From: a virus
Strand: one strand, 5' to 3'
DNA length: 64,000 nucleotides
Virus record (IMG/VR): IMGVR_UViG_3300047554_000338
Coordinates: 7,150 to 71,149 of that record
Positions 15,118 through 24,798 of the stretch are shown here, piece after piece (within the stretch, counting starts at the first letter, position 1; each line of letters opens with the position of its first letter). Made by a program: the position numbers and the translations under genes. Under the pieces are notes generated by a model. The model searched no databases, had not been told where the DNA came from, and worked only from the letters and a program-made list of their open reading frames with translations.

Positions 15118-17028
15118 TTATGCGATTGCCAAGAAGATGTAAGTGCCGCCGTTGGCGTTGATGCCTGCGGCTGTGCTGACGATTTGGAACCCACCAGTTG
15201 TGGTGTAGACGCTGTTGGCGTTGACTTCAGCCGCCGAACTGTTGAGCAAGAGTGATGGGTCATTACCAGATACCATGCCTCGAACCGTATCCCAAACGTA
15301 CCAGTCACCAGTTGAATCGATGCGCTTTACCATGACCCATCTTGCACCGCCAGTAAATCCGCAAGAGATGGTCTGCGTTGCGCCTGTGCCTGTGTATGAG
15401 CCTACTTTGGAAACACCTGCACAAGTGGCGAATAAGTAGGCGACATAGGTAGAACCACTTGCGTTAACTTGAGCATTTGCCGCTCTAACAGTAAATGCTG
15501 TTGAAGTTGGGGCTGTGGAATTCCACATATTGTCAGCCTGAAACGCATTAGTTAGGTCTAAAAAGCCAACATACGAGGCTGTCAAAGGTGCGGCATAAAC
15601 AGCCCAACTTGCTGTTGCTGATGCTCTACGCTTAACAATTATCAACTCAGGCGCAACACCAAGATTATGCGTTTCCGTGTGAGTAACTCCCGTCCCTGTA
15701 TAGCAAACCTCATCAAAGAAGCTGGGGGCTCGTCTGAAGAACCAATTGATGTATGTGTATCCGCTTCCGTTTACATCAAAATTTCCATCAGCACCAAGTG
15801 TTACTCCATCTTGCCCATAAGCCATAACAGCGTCTGTGTACGATGTTTCTGCACTTGTCTGGTTAGTCGCTATCCGCAAGTTTGGCCCACGCAATCTGTC
15901 CCACATACTGCGAGTCCAGCTTGTTGAACGCATTGTGTCAAGCAACATATCTGGAGGGAATCCAACACCAGTTACATTTGCAGTTGCTCCTGTTCCTGTC
16001 CGTGAAATTGCGTTGTACACCTTAGTCGCATCCGTAGGCACTTTCATCGGGCCTCTACGAATGGCTACATAAACATAAGTTGCACCACCAAGAACACCAC
16101 CAACATTAAAGCCAGTACTTGATGCTCGGCATTCGTCACCATCTGATTCTGCAGCGGTTGAATTAGGAACTAACTTTCTTGAATAGCTACCAGTTTGAGG
16201 AGTTGCAACCAATCCACGCATGTTGTCAAACAACATCCAACCTTCAGCTCCGCTAGACCTTTTCATCAAAACCCATTGGGCTTCATATCCAAGATTTACT
16301 GTTGCATTGCCAGAGCCATCAGTAGTAAACGACCCACACGAAATCACATTGTCCGTGCCCGTCAGGCCAAAGCCTCCTGCGTTATGGGCGAATAGGTAGG
16401 CAACGTAGGACACGCCATTAGCATTTGTCGCTGAGTTTGTTCCAACAGTGAAAACTGTGTCTGTTGGTGTTGTGCTATTCCACGCTGAAGGAGTGTTTGA
16501 AGCAGCAGCAGTTAAATTCAAAAACAGTGACTGCGAATTTAGTAGAGAACGGTGATAAACAAACCAATCATCCACTGCACTTGTTGGGCGAACAATCATG
16601 CAACCCGGAACTGAGCCAAGACTGTGAGCAATAGTACGGCCTGCTGTGCCATTCCCCGTATAAGTCACAACATCAAAGAACTTTGGTTGCTTGCGGAATG
16701 TCCATGAGACGTAGGAAAAGCCGTTTGAGGCTAAACCCGTATAACCGTTTGAATTAAACGTAAATCCAAAACCAGAAGTTTGGGCGGATGTTGTGTTTGA
16801 AGATATCGCGAAGTCTGTTCCTCTAGCAGAATCTACCAGCCAATTGTTTTGAACATTAGCTCGACTTTTCCACCAAACAAGTCCGCCTTTACCAGCCAAA
16901 TCAATATCATTAGTGACAGTTGTGGAGGCTCCTGCGCCTGTGTAGAGGTATGTGCTGAACACATCCTCGATGTAGGTGGCTGGAGCTGCCGCGCCAGCCG
17001 CCGCCATGATGATTTCAGACGCGCTCAT
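15118..17028 (-). CDS. Receptor-binding/distal tail fibre protein with repeated beta domains
   Basis: Repeated YTG.G...I.H.LG..P...IVK...W.VY..YVAYLFA units; AT-richer than flanks; start at TAATG overlap. Confidence 0.75.
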   Translation of the reverse strand: MSASEIIMAAAGAAAPATYIEDVFSTYLYTGAGASTTVTNDIDLAGKGGLVWWKSRANVQNNWLVDSARGTDFAISSNTTSAQTSGFGFTFNSNGYTGLASNGFSYVSWTFRKQPKFFDVVTYTGNGTAGRTIAHSLGSVPGCMIVRPTSAVDDWFVYHRSLLNSQSLFLNLTAAASNTPSAWNSTTPTDTVFTVGTNSATNANGVSYVAYLFAHNAGGFGLTGTDNVISCGSFTTDGSGNATVNLGYEAQWVLMKRSSGAEGWMLFDNMRGLVATPQTGSYSRKLVPNSTAAESDGDECRASSTGFNVGGVLGGATYVYVAIRRGPMKVPTDATKVYNAISRTGTGATANVTGVGFPPDMLLDTMRSTSWTRSMWDRLRGPNLRIATNQTSAETSYTDAVMAYGQDGVTLGADGNFDVNGSGYTYINWFFRRAPSFFDEVCYTGTGVTHTETHNLGVAPELIIVKRRASATASWAVYAAPLTASYVGFLDLTNAFQADNMWNSTAPTSTAFTVRAANAQVNASGSTYVAYLFATCAGVSKVGSYTGTGATQTISCGFTGGARWVMVKRIDSTGDWYVWDTVRGMVSGNDPSLLLNSSAAEVNANSVYTTTGGFQIVSTAAGINANGGTYIFLAIA

Positions 17029-19631
17029 TACTTCACGTCCTTTCCAAGCACCAAGCCCGTCCAGGTTGAGCCCGCGTCGTAAGTAAAGAAGCCCAGCACA
17101 TCGCGGCCAGAGCTTGTCAGTGTCGGAGCTGTACCGCCGGCCCACTTCACGTTTGACCACCAGTTGACTGTCGCGCTGCCGCCGTTCGTTAGGTCAAGGA
17201 TGAAGCTGGCCGCAGTGCCAGTCGTTGGCGTGTTTGACACAGTGAATGTCGTCGTGCCGCTGATCGTCTTGCTGAAGTAGTTGGCCGTCGCCAGGTCAAT
17301 CGCGCTGGCGCTGATCGTTGCCTTCAATTCCTGCAAAGCACCACCAGTCAAACGCGTCTCGCCCTTGTGGGTGATACGAAGGCGCTCGGCTGGGCCAGAG
17401 CCACCGTCCGCTGTAGTACCAAACACCAGGTCAGTAGGCATGTCGTTAGTGCCAGGCGTCGCGCTCACCAGCGCATTGATAAACGCGCCCTGCAAATACT
17501 GCGTGCCATCAAATCCGCGGAACACTAGGTTGCCCATCACGTCGCCGCTTTGGACAATCGCGCCGCTGCGGTTCTTCTCAAGCACAACATAAGACGCATT
17601 GCCGTCTGCGGTGGTGTTCCGCTGCACCAGCTGCGGGTAGTAGCCGCTGTTGGAAACCAGCGCGATGCCAGCTGACGTCACGTTGTCCGGTGTAGTTGTT
17701 CCGATGCCCAAGACACCAGTCGAGCTCACCACCAGGGGCGTCGCGTCGGATGCCACGTCTTCGATGTAGAGCGCGTTGCCAGAGCCCACTTGCGTGATGC
17801 TTAACGCATCGCTTGATGTGTTAACGCTAATGATCTGGTTGGCCGTGAATGTGTTGGTCGCGCCAAGTTGTGCGTAACCAGACGCAGGCAAGTAAGCCGT
17901 TATCCAAGCCGCGCCGTCATAGACGCGCATCTCATTCGATGTCGAATTCCAGTACAGGTTGCCCTCTACCAACGCGCCGCCAGAGTTGTTGACTGTTGGG
18001 TCTGAAGACTTGCTGCCAAGGTACTGGTTGTTGAACGTGGTGTATGAGCTCGCGGCAGAAGTCGCAGAGCCAGCTGCAGCCGTTGCGCTACCAGACGCGC
18101 TAGAGGCAGACGCTGCCGCGGCAGAGGCAGAGGACGCCGCAGCAGCTGCGGACGCAGCAGCCGTGGTCGTTGAACCAAAGATTGTGTCGATGTAGTTCTT
18201 GGTCGCTGCGTCTTGAGCCAATGTGGGATCGCCGAGGCCGGTGATCTTGTTTGTGCCCATCGCGATCGCGCCCGACATCGTGCCGCCAGTCAGGTTCAGC
18301 TTGAGCGCCAAAGCGGCGTCAACCTGGGCCTGTGTGTAGGCGTCAGTGATGCCAAAGCCGGCCAAGGTCGTTGGGTTTGTGCCAGCAGTCACGCGGCCAT
18401 ACGCGTCAACAGTCACCGACTTGTAGGTCGATGCAGTCACGCCAGTCGTGGCCAGGTCGATGTCGTCAGTGCCGACAACGATGCGAGACGCGGACGCTGT
18501 GCCGACGTTGATTGTGTTGCCAGACTTGAACAGACCAGCGCCAGCAGTGATCTGGCCAGCGCCTGAGAACTGCTCCCAGGTGACAGCTGTGACGCCCAAT
18601 GTCCCACCTGCTGGGGATGTGCAGACCCAGCCAGAGTTGTCGTTGACTGTGCCTTCTTCTACAAACGTGAAAGCGCCTACCAGCTCTGCCCAAGTGTCAG
18701 CGTCAGTTGAACGCGACCAGGAGCCTGCAGCCACGACATAGATGCCGTTCTCAGCTGCGCTTGACTGGTTCTTAACCAGGACGCGTTCGCCTGCGATCAC
18801 GGCCACGCCGTCGATCGTCTGAGTGCCCGACAGCGTGATGTTGGCCGTTGTGCCAACGCGGCAGGAGCCCTTGACATCGAGGCCCTGGGCGACGCTGTCA
18901 ACGTAGGCCTTTGTGGCCGCGTCCTGGTCAGCCGTTGGAGTGGCCAGGCCCGTGATCTTGCTGGAGCCCATTGCAATGGCCCCAGACATCGTGCCGCCCG
19001 TCAGTGCCAGGCGAAGCGCGTCTTGCGAGTCAACGTAGGCCTTGTTGGCTGCGTCGGTGGGGTTTGTAGGAGTGCTCAAGCCGGTGATGGTCGCGGAGCT
19101 GCCGGCAGTCATGTCCAGCGCTCCAGTGACAACCAGGTCGTTGAACGTCGAAGTGCCAGAGCCAGCCGTCACGTTGCCGGTGACGTTGCCAGTAACTCCA
19201 CCCGTTGCGGTGATCGCACCAGTCACGGCCAAAGTTGAGGCCAAGGTAGCCGCGCCGCCTACAGAGAACGTGCCAGCCACTGAGGCGTTACCGGCAGCAG
19301 TCAGAGCCTTGCCAAAGGGAATCGTCAGGCCGACAGTCGAGAACTGAGCGGTGTTGACGCCTAGGACAGACATCCAAACTGAGCCTGAGCCTGAGCGATA
19401 CAGGCCGGTGTTGGTTTCGTTCAAGAACGAAAGGCCAGGCGCGCTCACAGCACCATCAGCAATGCGGAAAGGCGCTAGCATTCCACCAGCGCCCGTGCGA
19501 GACAGGGAGTTGGTTAGCGCGTCAGCCACGTCCTCCAGCGTCGTGTTGGCCCATTCGGCTTCGATTACGTCACCAGGAGTGACGGGGTTGCCGCCTGGCA
19601 GCGTGTAAATTCCTGATGCGTTGCGTGGCAT
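17028..19631 (-). CDS. Tail fibre protein
   Basis: MPRNASG.YTLP anchor; repeated GGTMSGAIAMG..KITGL..PT..QDAATK.Y.D; RVLVKNQ...ENGIY; Ala/Ser-rich shaft. Confidence 0.85.
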   Translation of the reverse strand: MPRNASGIYTLPGGNPVTPGDVIEAEWANTTLEDVADALTNSLSRTGAGGMLAPFRIADGAVSAPGLSFLNETNTGLYRSGSGSVWMSVLGVNTAQFSTVGLTIPFGKALTAAGNASVAGTFSVGGAATLASTLAVTGAITATGGVTGNVTGNVTAGSGTSTFNDLVVTGALDMTAGSSATITGLSTPTNPTDAANKAYVDSQDALRLALTGGTMSGAIAMGSSKITGLATPTADQDAATKAYVDSVAQGLDVKGSCRVGTTANITLSGTQTIDGVAVIAGERVLVKNQSSAAENGIYVVAAGSWSRSTDADTWAELVGAFTFVEEGTVNDNSGWVCTSPAGGTLGVTAVTWEQFSGAGQITAGAGLFKSGNTINVGTASASRIVVGTDDIDLATTGVTASTYKSVTVDAYGRVTAGTNPTTLAGFGITDAYTQAQVDAALALKLNLTGGTMSGAIAMGTNKITGLGDPTLAQDAATKNYIDTIFGSTTTAAASAAAAASSASAAAASASSASGSATAAAGSATSAASSYTTFNNQYLGSKSSDPTVNNSGGALVEGNLYWNSTSNEMRVYDGAAWITAYLPASGYAQLGATNTFTANQIISVNTSSDALSITQVGSGNALYIEDVASDATPLVVSSTGVLGIGTTTPDNVTSAGIALVSNSGYYPQLVQRNTTADGNASYVVLEKNRSGAIVQSGDVMGNLVFRGFDGTQYLQGAFINALVSATPGTNDMPTDLVFGTTADGGSGPAERLRITHKGETRLTGGALQELKATISASAIDLATANYFSKTISGTTTFTVSNTPTTGTAASFILDLTNGGSATVNWWSNVKWAGGTAPTLTSSGRDVLGFFTYDAGSTWTGLVLGKDVK

Positions 19632-19643
19632 GTCTTGCTCCTA

Positions 19644-21506
19644 TTACTGTGTATCCATCTGAATCGCTGTCTGAGCTGCGTATGGACGCAAAATCTCGAC
19701 AAGCGTTTTGGGGTCCTTAGCCGCCATTATCCTTGCTGCCGTCTTGGGGTCTGTCAGAGCTCGAGCGAGCAGCTGCTCAGTCTGGCTCTGTGTCATTTTG
19801 AATGGGAAACCCATCACGCCAGCGGCCAGTCTGCCCACCATGGAGTCAGCTGCGGACTGCGGGATTCCCAGCGGGCCCAAGAATTGACGCACCACGTTCT
19901 GCGCGCCCAGGTACTGAGCTGTCGGTGAACCTGGCACTCTGGCGAGCTCCTGAGCACCGGCGTAGCGCGCCATGTCCTGGCCGATGCCGTTGATCTGGGC
20001 CATCTGTGCAGGGTCCATGACGCCTTCCATCGTCGCGCTTTTGAGGCCGGTAGCTGTGCGAGCAGTCTTGTCCGCGTTGCGCAGTGCGTTCGCATAGCTG
20101 CTTGCGTTGACGCGAGCGAGCGAGTCGTTGCTGAAATCTGTCAGCGCGGGCAATGCCGTGTCGCGTAGCTTTTGGCCGATGGCCATTTGATTGATCGGAC
20201 GCGACATCGCCGCAAAGGTGCGGCGGGCCTCACCATGCATCGGTGACGCCATGTCCAGGTAGGCCAGGAGCTTGTCTTGCGTATCCTTGAGCGCCCCGGC
20301 CAATTCCGCGTTGCCGGACGTTTTGGCCGCTCCGATCTGGCCATCAAGAGCTTTCTTAACGAATTGCAAGCCTTCAACGCTGCCAGCGGGATCGTCAATC
20401 TTGATGCCTTTTTCACGCGCCAGCTGACGCGCTTCGCTCATGGCGCGCTGCACTGAAGGCCGCTGCATGAGGTCTTTCATCAACACGTTGGCCTCACGCG
20501 TGGGAGCTAGACCAGCAGCTCGAGCCTGGCCATAGAGGTCGTCAGCGGCCGTGTTACGGGCAGCGGTGAAGAAATCCATGCGGCCATCGTTACCGGCCAG
20601 GTCATCGAGCACGCCCTTGTAGCCGGCGAACTGACGGCCACGGGATTCAGCCAAGGCAGACGCCACGTCGGACGAGCTCGCGGCCGCGCCACGTTGCAGC
20701 TGAGCAATGCCTGGGTCCATGGTGGCCTCGGCCAGCGTGGGTGTCACGCCAGGCACATACTCCACCGGATTGGCTGCAGCTGCGCGAACCTTGGCAGGAT
20801 CAGTTGCAAAGCGATCCAGCGTGCGCCTCAGGATGCGCTCGCGCCCACCTTGCCACAGAGGCTCTAGCGTGGCCTTGGCGCCGCCATAAGCAGCCGATAG
20901 CACCCTACCCCCTACCTCGCCTGCTGTGCCCGCCAGAGCGCCCGTTGTGGCACCCCCAGACATGTCCTCTGGGGTTGTTATGGCACCAATGACTCCACCG
21001 GACCCGGCTGCACCGACATAAGGTGCCGCACCCCTGAAAGCGCCGGCAGCTCGAGGAAGCACGCGAGCGCCCGCCTGCACGCCCTTGGTGATCGCTTGGG
21101 CGCCCTTTACGCCAGGCACAAACGTCAGCGCGGCGTCAGTAAGGCCCTTGCCCCACGCGCCTGCGCTGGTGTCCATCAAAGGCTTGTCCAGGGCCTCGTC
21201 AGCCTTGGCAGCAGCCTCGTCGTAACCGCCAATGCCGATCATGTTGCCCACTCGTTTTACTGAGCGGCCAATGTCGGTGAATGCCTTGCCGGCACCTGCC
21301 GCGAGCTTCTCGGTGGTGGACATGGAATTGACCAGGTCCTTTTGCAACCGATCGCGCTCGGTGTCGTAGTCGATGTTGTTGTAAAAGCGGCTGGGAGGAA
21401 TGTCGCTGTAATACTTCCTGCGCAATGCAATCAGCAACTGGTCGTCGTTCAAGTCTCCGTACATTGGAAACTTCTCGCGAATCTCGGAGACTTTGATTTT
21501 GTCCAC
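19644..21506 (-). CDS. Internal virion/DNA ejection protein (large)
   Basis: Ala/Gly-rich helical protein at the podoviral ejection-gene position. Confidence 0.6.
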   Translation of the reverse strand: MDKIKVSEIREKFPMYGDLNDDQLLIALRRKYYSDIPPSRFYNNIDYDTERDRLQKDLVNSMSTTEKLAAGAGKAFTDIGRSVKRVGNMIGIGGYDEAAAKADEALDKPLMDTSAGAWGKGLTDAALTFVPGVKGAQAITKGVQAGARVLPRAAGAFRGAAPYVGAAGSGGVIGAITTPEDMSGGATTGALAGTAGEVGGRVLSAAYGGAKATLEPLWQGGRERILRRTLDRFATDPAKVRAAAANPVEYVPGVTPTLAEATMDPGIAQLQRGAAASSSDVASALAESRGRQFAGYKGVLDDLAGNDGRMDFFTAARNTAADDLYGQARAAGLAPTREANVLMKDLMQRPSVQRAMSEARQLAREKGIKIDDPAGSVEGLQFVKKALDGQIGAAKTSGNAELAGALKDTQDKLLAYLDMASPMHGEARRTFAAMSRPINQMAIGQKLRDTALPALTDFSNDSLARVNASSYANALRNADKTARTATGLKSATMEGVMDPAQMAQINGIGQDMARYAGAQELARVPGSPTAQYLGAQNVVRQFLGPLGIPQSAADSMVGRLAAGVMGFPFKMTQSQTEQLLARALTDPKTAARIMAAKDPKTLVEILRPYAAQTAIQMDTQ

Positions 21507-21508
21507 GA

Positions 21509-22708
21509 TTACCTCCGCAGATTCAATGGATCATTGTTAGCAGCAGGCGCTCCACCAGGTCCGTTCTGAGGCAACGCACGGCCAGCGCGGGATTGCAGCG
21601 CCTTCATGTAAACGTCGTAGCTGGCAGTCTTTTGCGCGACTTGGCCAGGCTTGTCACCAAGCTGTGGCACCAGCTCACGCACCTTTTCATTTGCCTCATA
21701 CATGTTCATGCCGGCACCAGTGGCAGCACGCAAAAGTGCCTCAGACATTGATCTGGAAGCCTGAACAAATTGCTGGCGATCGTCGGGGCGCAAGTAGTTT
21801 GCGAAGTCCTCGCCCACGCCTGGAATGAAGCCAGCAGCTCGCTCGCCTACCGTTGGATAGGCGGCCGCGGAGTTGTTTTTGATAACTCTTTCCATGTTTC
21901 GGCGGGCGTTGTCAGCCTGGAAGAACCAGCCTGCTGCCTTGCGCTCATCCTCGGAAGGCTGTGCGCTGCTAGCTTTGGGCGCCACAGCTCCCTGGTAAGG
22001 GATTGCCTGGCCACCGTCGTCATAGGTGAACAGTTGGCCGTTCTTCTGTCTAAACACCGGCTCGTTGTTGGGACCGGAGCCGATCTGTTGAGCCACGCCC
22101 GTGCCCAGGCCGCCACCGCCGCCGGTGGCAATCATGCGTTGCGTGTTGGCGTTCATCAGGCGGATTTCGTTGACCACCGCGTCTTGCGAGGCCTGATAAC
22201 GAGCGCGCTCTTGTGCGGTTTGCGCCGTCTCTGCCATCTGCTGGTAGGCACGGGCCTGCTGCATAAGAAACTCAGCCTTGCGGTTTTGGCCGACTTCGGG
22301 GTCCTTGATGTACTTACCGTCAGACGTGATCATGCCGCTGCCCATCTTCATGGGTTCAGTGGCCGCGGACGCCTTCTTAAGCAGCTGCTGCTGCATAGGT
22401 GCAAAGCTCTCGCCGGCAAACTGAGCAGCCATCGCGGCAAGCATGGAGCGATCGGCCTGCTCACCGCGCTGTTTAGCAAACGCCTGAAACTCGCTCATGT
22501 CGGGCTCTTGGTCGTAGAGCTCGGCACCTTGTTGATACAGTTGTGCGGCTCGGCCGCGCAGTGCTTCGATTGAGTTGGGCAGCATCGTGCGCGGTGCTGT
22601 CACGTTGCTAGACAACGTGTCACCAGCGGACGTGATGCGCGCTTTGGCTTTTTTGAGGAGTCCGTAGGACGGTTGCTCCTCTTCGGGGTTGAAGAGGCTG
22701 TAATCCAT
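21509..22708 (-). CDS. Internal virion/DNA ejection protein
   Basis: Helical, Gln/Ala-rich; synteny. Confidence 0.55.
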   Translation of the reverse strand: MDYSLFNPEEEQPSYGLLKKAKARITSAGDTLSSNVTAPRTMLPNSIEALRGRAAQLYQQGAELYDQEPDMSEFQAFAKQRGEQADRSMLAAMAAQFAGESFAPMQQQLLKKASAATEPMKMGSGMITSDGKYIKDPEVGQNRKAEFLMQQARAYQQMAETAQTAQERARYQASQDAVVNEIRLMNANTQRMIATGGGGGLGTGVAQQIGSGPNNEPVFRQKNGQLFTYDDGGQAIPYQGAVAPKASSAQPSEDERKAAGWFFQADNARRNMERVIKNNSAAAYPTVGERAAGFIPGVGEDFANYLRPDDRQQFVQASRSMSEALLRAATGAGMNMYEANEKVRELVPQLGDKPGQVAQKTASYDVYMKALQSRAGRALPQNGPGGAPAANNDPLNLRR

Positions 22709-22710
22709 GA

Positions 22711-23088
22711 TCAGTACCCCGAGTTAGGCATAGGGAAGTTGTAATCACCCGTGTCCATAGAGCCGTCACCGGTCAGGCCCATTTGCTTGCGGCGCAGGCG
22801 CTCGCGCATTTGCTGCAAAGCCATTGCCTGGTTGGAATTCATGTCGCGCAACTTGGAGTCCACGCCCTTCTGCTGCTGTCCCGCCAGGTAGCCTTGGCCC
22901 ATCTGAGCGATTGCCTGACCGATGCCAGGCGCTACATAGTGGTTGCCCACCATCTGGCCTTGCAGCGGCGCCATAGCGTTGCCGCGCAATGCATCGACCA
23001 TGGCCTGCTTCTTCTTGAGCTCGGCTTCCTCAGGACGCATTTGGCCCATTTGGACCAGGTACTCAAACATCATTTCGTCATTCATCAC
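22711..23088 (-). CDS. Small virion/ejection-associated protein
   Basis: GQMVGNHYVAP motif; conserved at 57261..57632. Confidence 0.55.
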   Translation of the reverse strand: MMNDEMMFEYLVQMGQMRPEEAELKKKQAMVDALRGNAMAPLQGQMVGNHYVAPGIGQAIAQMGQGYLAGQQQKGVDSKLRDMNSNQAMALQQMRERLRRKQMGLTGDGSMDTGDYNFPMPNSGY

Positions 23089-24374
23089 AGGCCTCCGTAA
23101 TTCACCATCAAATAACCGTTGGCGTGACGCTTGACTAGGTCAGGACGTACAGCCTCTACTTCTTGCGCAATCACACCGCGTTGCGACATTCCCATCATTG
23201 TGTAGTCGTAAATGCCCACGCCAATCGCGTGAGTGCCAACCCGCTTGATGTTGGTCTTTAAGCGACGGTCAGAGAACAGGAACGCGGAGCCCAGCTGAGC
23301 ACCGGCGCTGAGCAAGTTGCCAGAGGCTGCGTTCTGAGCGTTGGCCGCGCCCAGGGCTGCGTCGTAGCCCATCTGTGTCGCGCCCAGGATGTTGGGTGTC
23401 TGTGCCTGGCCGGATTGCGAGAACGACGGCATGTTGGGCATTGCCACTTGCTGGCCAGAGAGCAATGCGTTCATCTCGTTCAACGACATGCCACGGCGCT
23501 GCATCTGCTCGGCAATCGCTTGCTGACGCAGTTGGTTCTGTGCGTTGGCGTATTGCTGGTTGAGGCCAAACTGCTGCTGCATTGCCTGGTTCTGAGCCTG
23601 CATGCGTGACTGATCCAGCGCGGACGCCTGGCCCAGTGCCTGGTTCTGGAACTGAGCCGCGCCCAGGTTTTGGTTGAACGATTGCTGAGCGGTGCCCATC
23701 TGCATGTTGTACAGACGCTGCGCCTCATCACCAGCCGTGTTGAGCGCGTTGTAGCGCTCGGCTGACTGACGCTGCGACATGTTGTTGAGCTCGCGGTCGT
23801 AACCTTCAGTGCCTGGGCGGAAGCCCATGTTGGAGAGCTTTGTCTCGAGCTGGCGTTGTTGGTAGTCATGCACCGGCTGCATCTTCTGCATTAGCTGGTT
23901 GGCCACCGTGTCACGGTAGCTCGAGTCAAACTGAGGCAGGGGCGCACCAAAGTTAAATGACGAGGTGAGGCCCTTTGAGTAGTCGCCTACTTCCGTCTGC
24001 AAGTCCGATGGCTTGTTAGCCGATGTCATTTGCGGCATGCCGGAATAGTCGAACGGCATCGCGTATTCAGTTGCCACGCGATCCATGAAGTTGCTGGCCA
24101 GGTTGCTGCGGTCAGCCTGCAAGCCTGTTTGCGCATCAAGCGCGGACTGGAGTGCCGGCGCGAGCGTTGTGTTCTGCGTCCATGCCGTGACATCCTGACC
24201 CGTTGCAGGATCGGTGACAGTTTGGGTGCCCCAGGTCTGCGATCCAAACGGTGTGTTGATCGTTGGCCTGTTGGCGTAGTTTTGCATGTTCAGGTTCTCT
24301 TTCGAGAGCTGACCCTGCAACTGTGTTGCGCCGATGTAATCGGGCGCTGCTGGTGCCGATCCTTTGCTACCCAT
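23085..24374 (-). CDS. Gln-rich ejection/pilot-like protein with C-terminal peptidase S74 chaperone domain
   Basis: MGSKGSAPAAPDY N-terminus; FSDRRLKTNI...GVIAQEV...PDLV C-terminus. Confidence 0.75.
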   Translation of the reverse strand: MGSKGSAPAAPDYIGATQLQGQLSKENLNMQNYANRPTINTPFGSQTWGTQTVTDPATGQDVTAWTQNTTLAPALQSALDAQTGLQADRSNLASNFMDRVATEYAMPFDYSGMPQMTSANKPSDLQTEVGDYSKGLTSSFNFGAPLPQFDSSYRDTVANQLMQKMQPVHDYQQRQLETKLSNMGFRPGTEGYDRELNNMSQRQSAERYNALNTAGDEAQRLYNMQMGTAQQSFNQNLGAAQFQNQALGQASALDQSRMQAQNQAMQQQFGLNQQYANAQNQLRQQAIAEQMQRRGMSLNEMNALLSGQQVAMPNMPSFSQSGQAQTPNILGATQMGYDAALGAANAQNAASGNLLSAGAQLGSAFLFSDRRLKTNIKRVGTHAIGVGIYDYTMMGMSQRGVIAQEVEAVRPDLVKRHANGYLMVNYGGL

Positions 24375-24795
24375 GATTCACCTCTTCCGTTTCTTTTGTC
24401 TTAATCCATCTGCACTCGCTGTACAGCATTTCAAACATCACTGAGTCAACAGTCTGTGCGATCTCTCGATACCCCAAACGCTTGACCAAGTTCAATGCTT
24501 CATCGTTGTTCTTGTAAATCAGCCCATACACCGCGTCCTTGCCGCACTGAATGAATGGGTACTCAAACGCGTTCTTCAGTAACTGCCTTGTCAGACTCTG
24601 CGGATTATCGAACGCCACATGCATCCAGCACGCTGAGTCTGACCAACAATTAAATCCAACTGCTGCCGCTATTGTCCCATCGCTTCGCATGGTGGCCATT
24701 GTCCTAAGGTCGCTGCTCCAGGGCAGGCGAGTCTTGCGGTTCATCCATTCCCAGATGACCGGATAGTCTCCCTGCTTGTCTGTTGCGAGCTGCAT
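24367..24795 (-). CDS. GNAT-fold acetyltransferase-like morphogenesis protein
   Basis: F.YPF...G...N..AL.L..RLGY.E motif; synteny. Confidence 0.7.
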   Translation of the reverse strand: MQLATDKQGDYPVIWEWMNRKTRLPWSSDLRTMATMRSDGTIAAAVGFNCWSDSACWMHVAFDNPQSLTRQLLKNAFEYPFIQCGKDAVYGLIYKNNDEALNLVKRLGYREIAQTVDSVMFEMLYSECRWIKTKETEEVNHG

Positions 24796-24798
24796 ACG

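Noticed and set aside
15118-17028. Diversity-generating retroelement acting on the fibre gene
   Set aside because: No reverse transcriptase, no template repeat, differences are not adenine-specific, and the C-terminus is the conserved part
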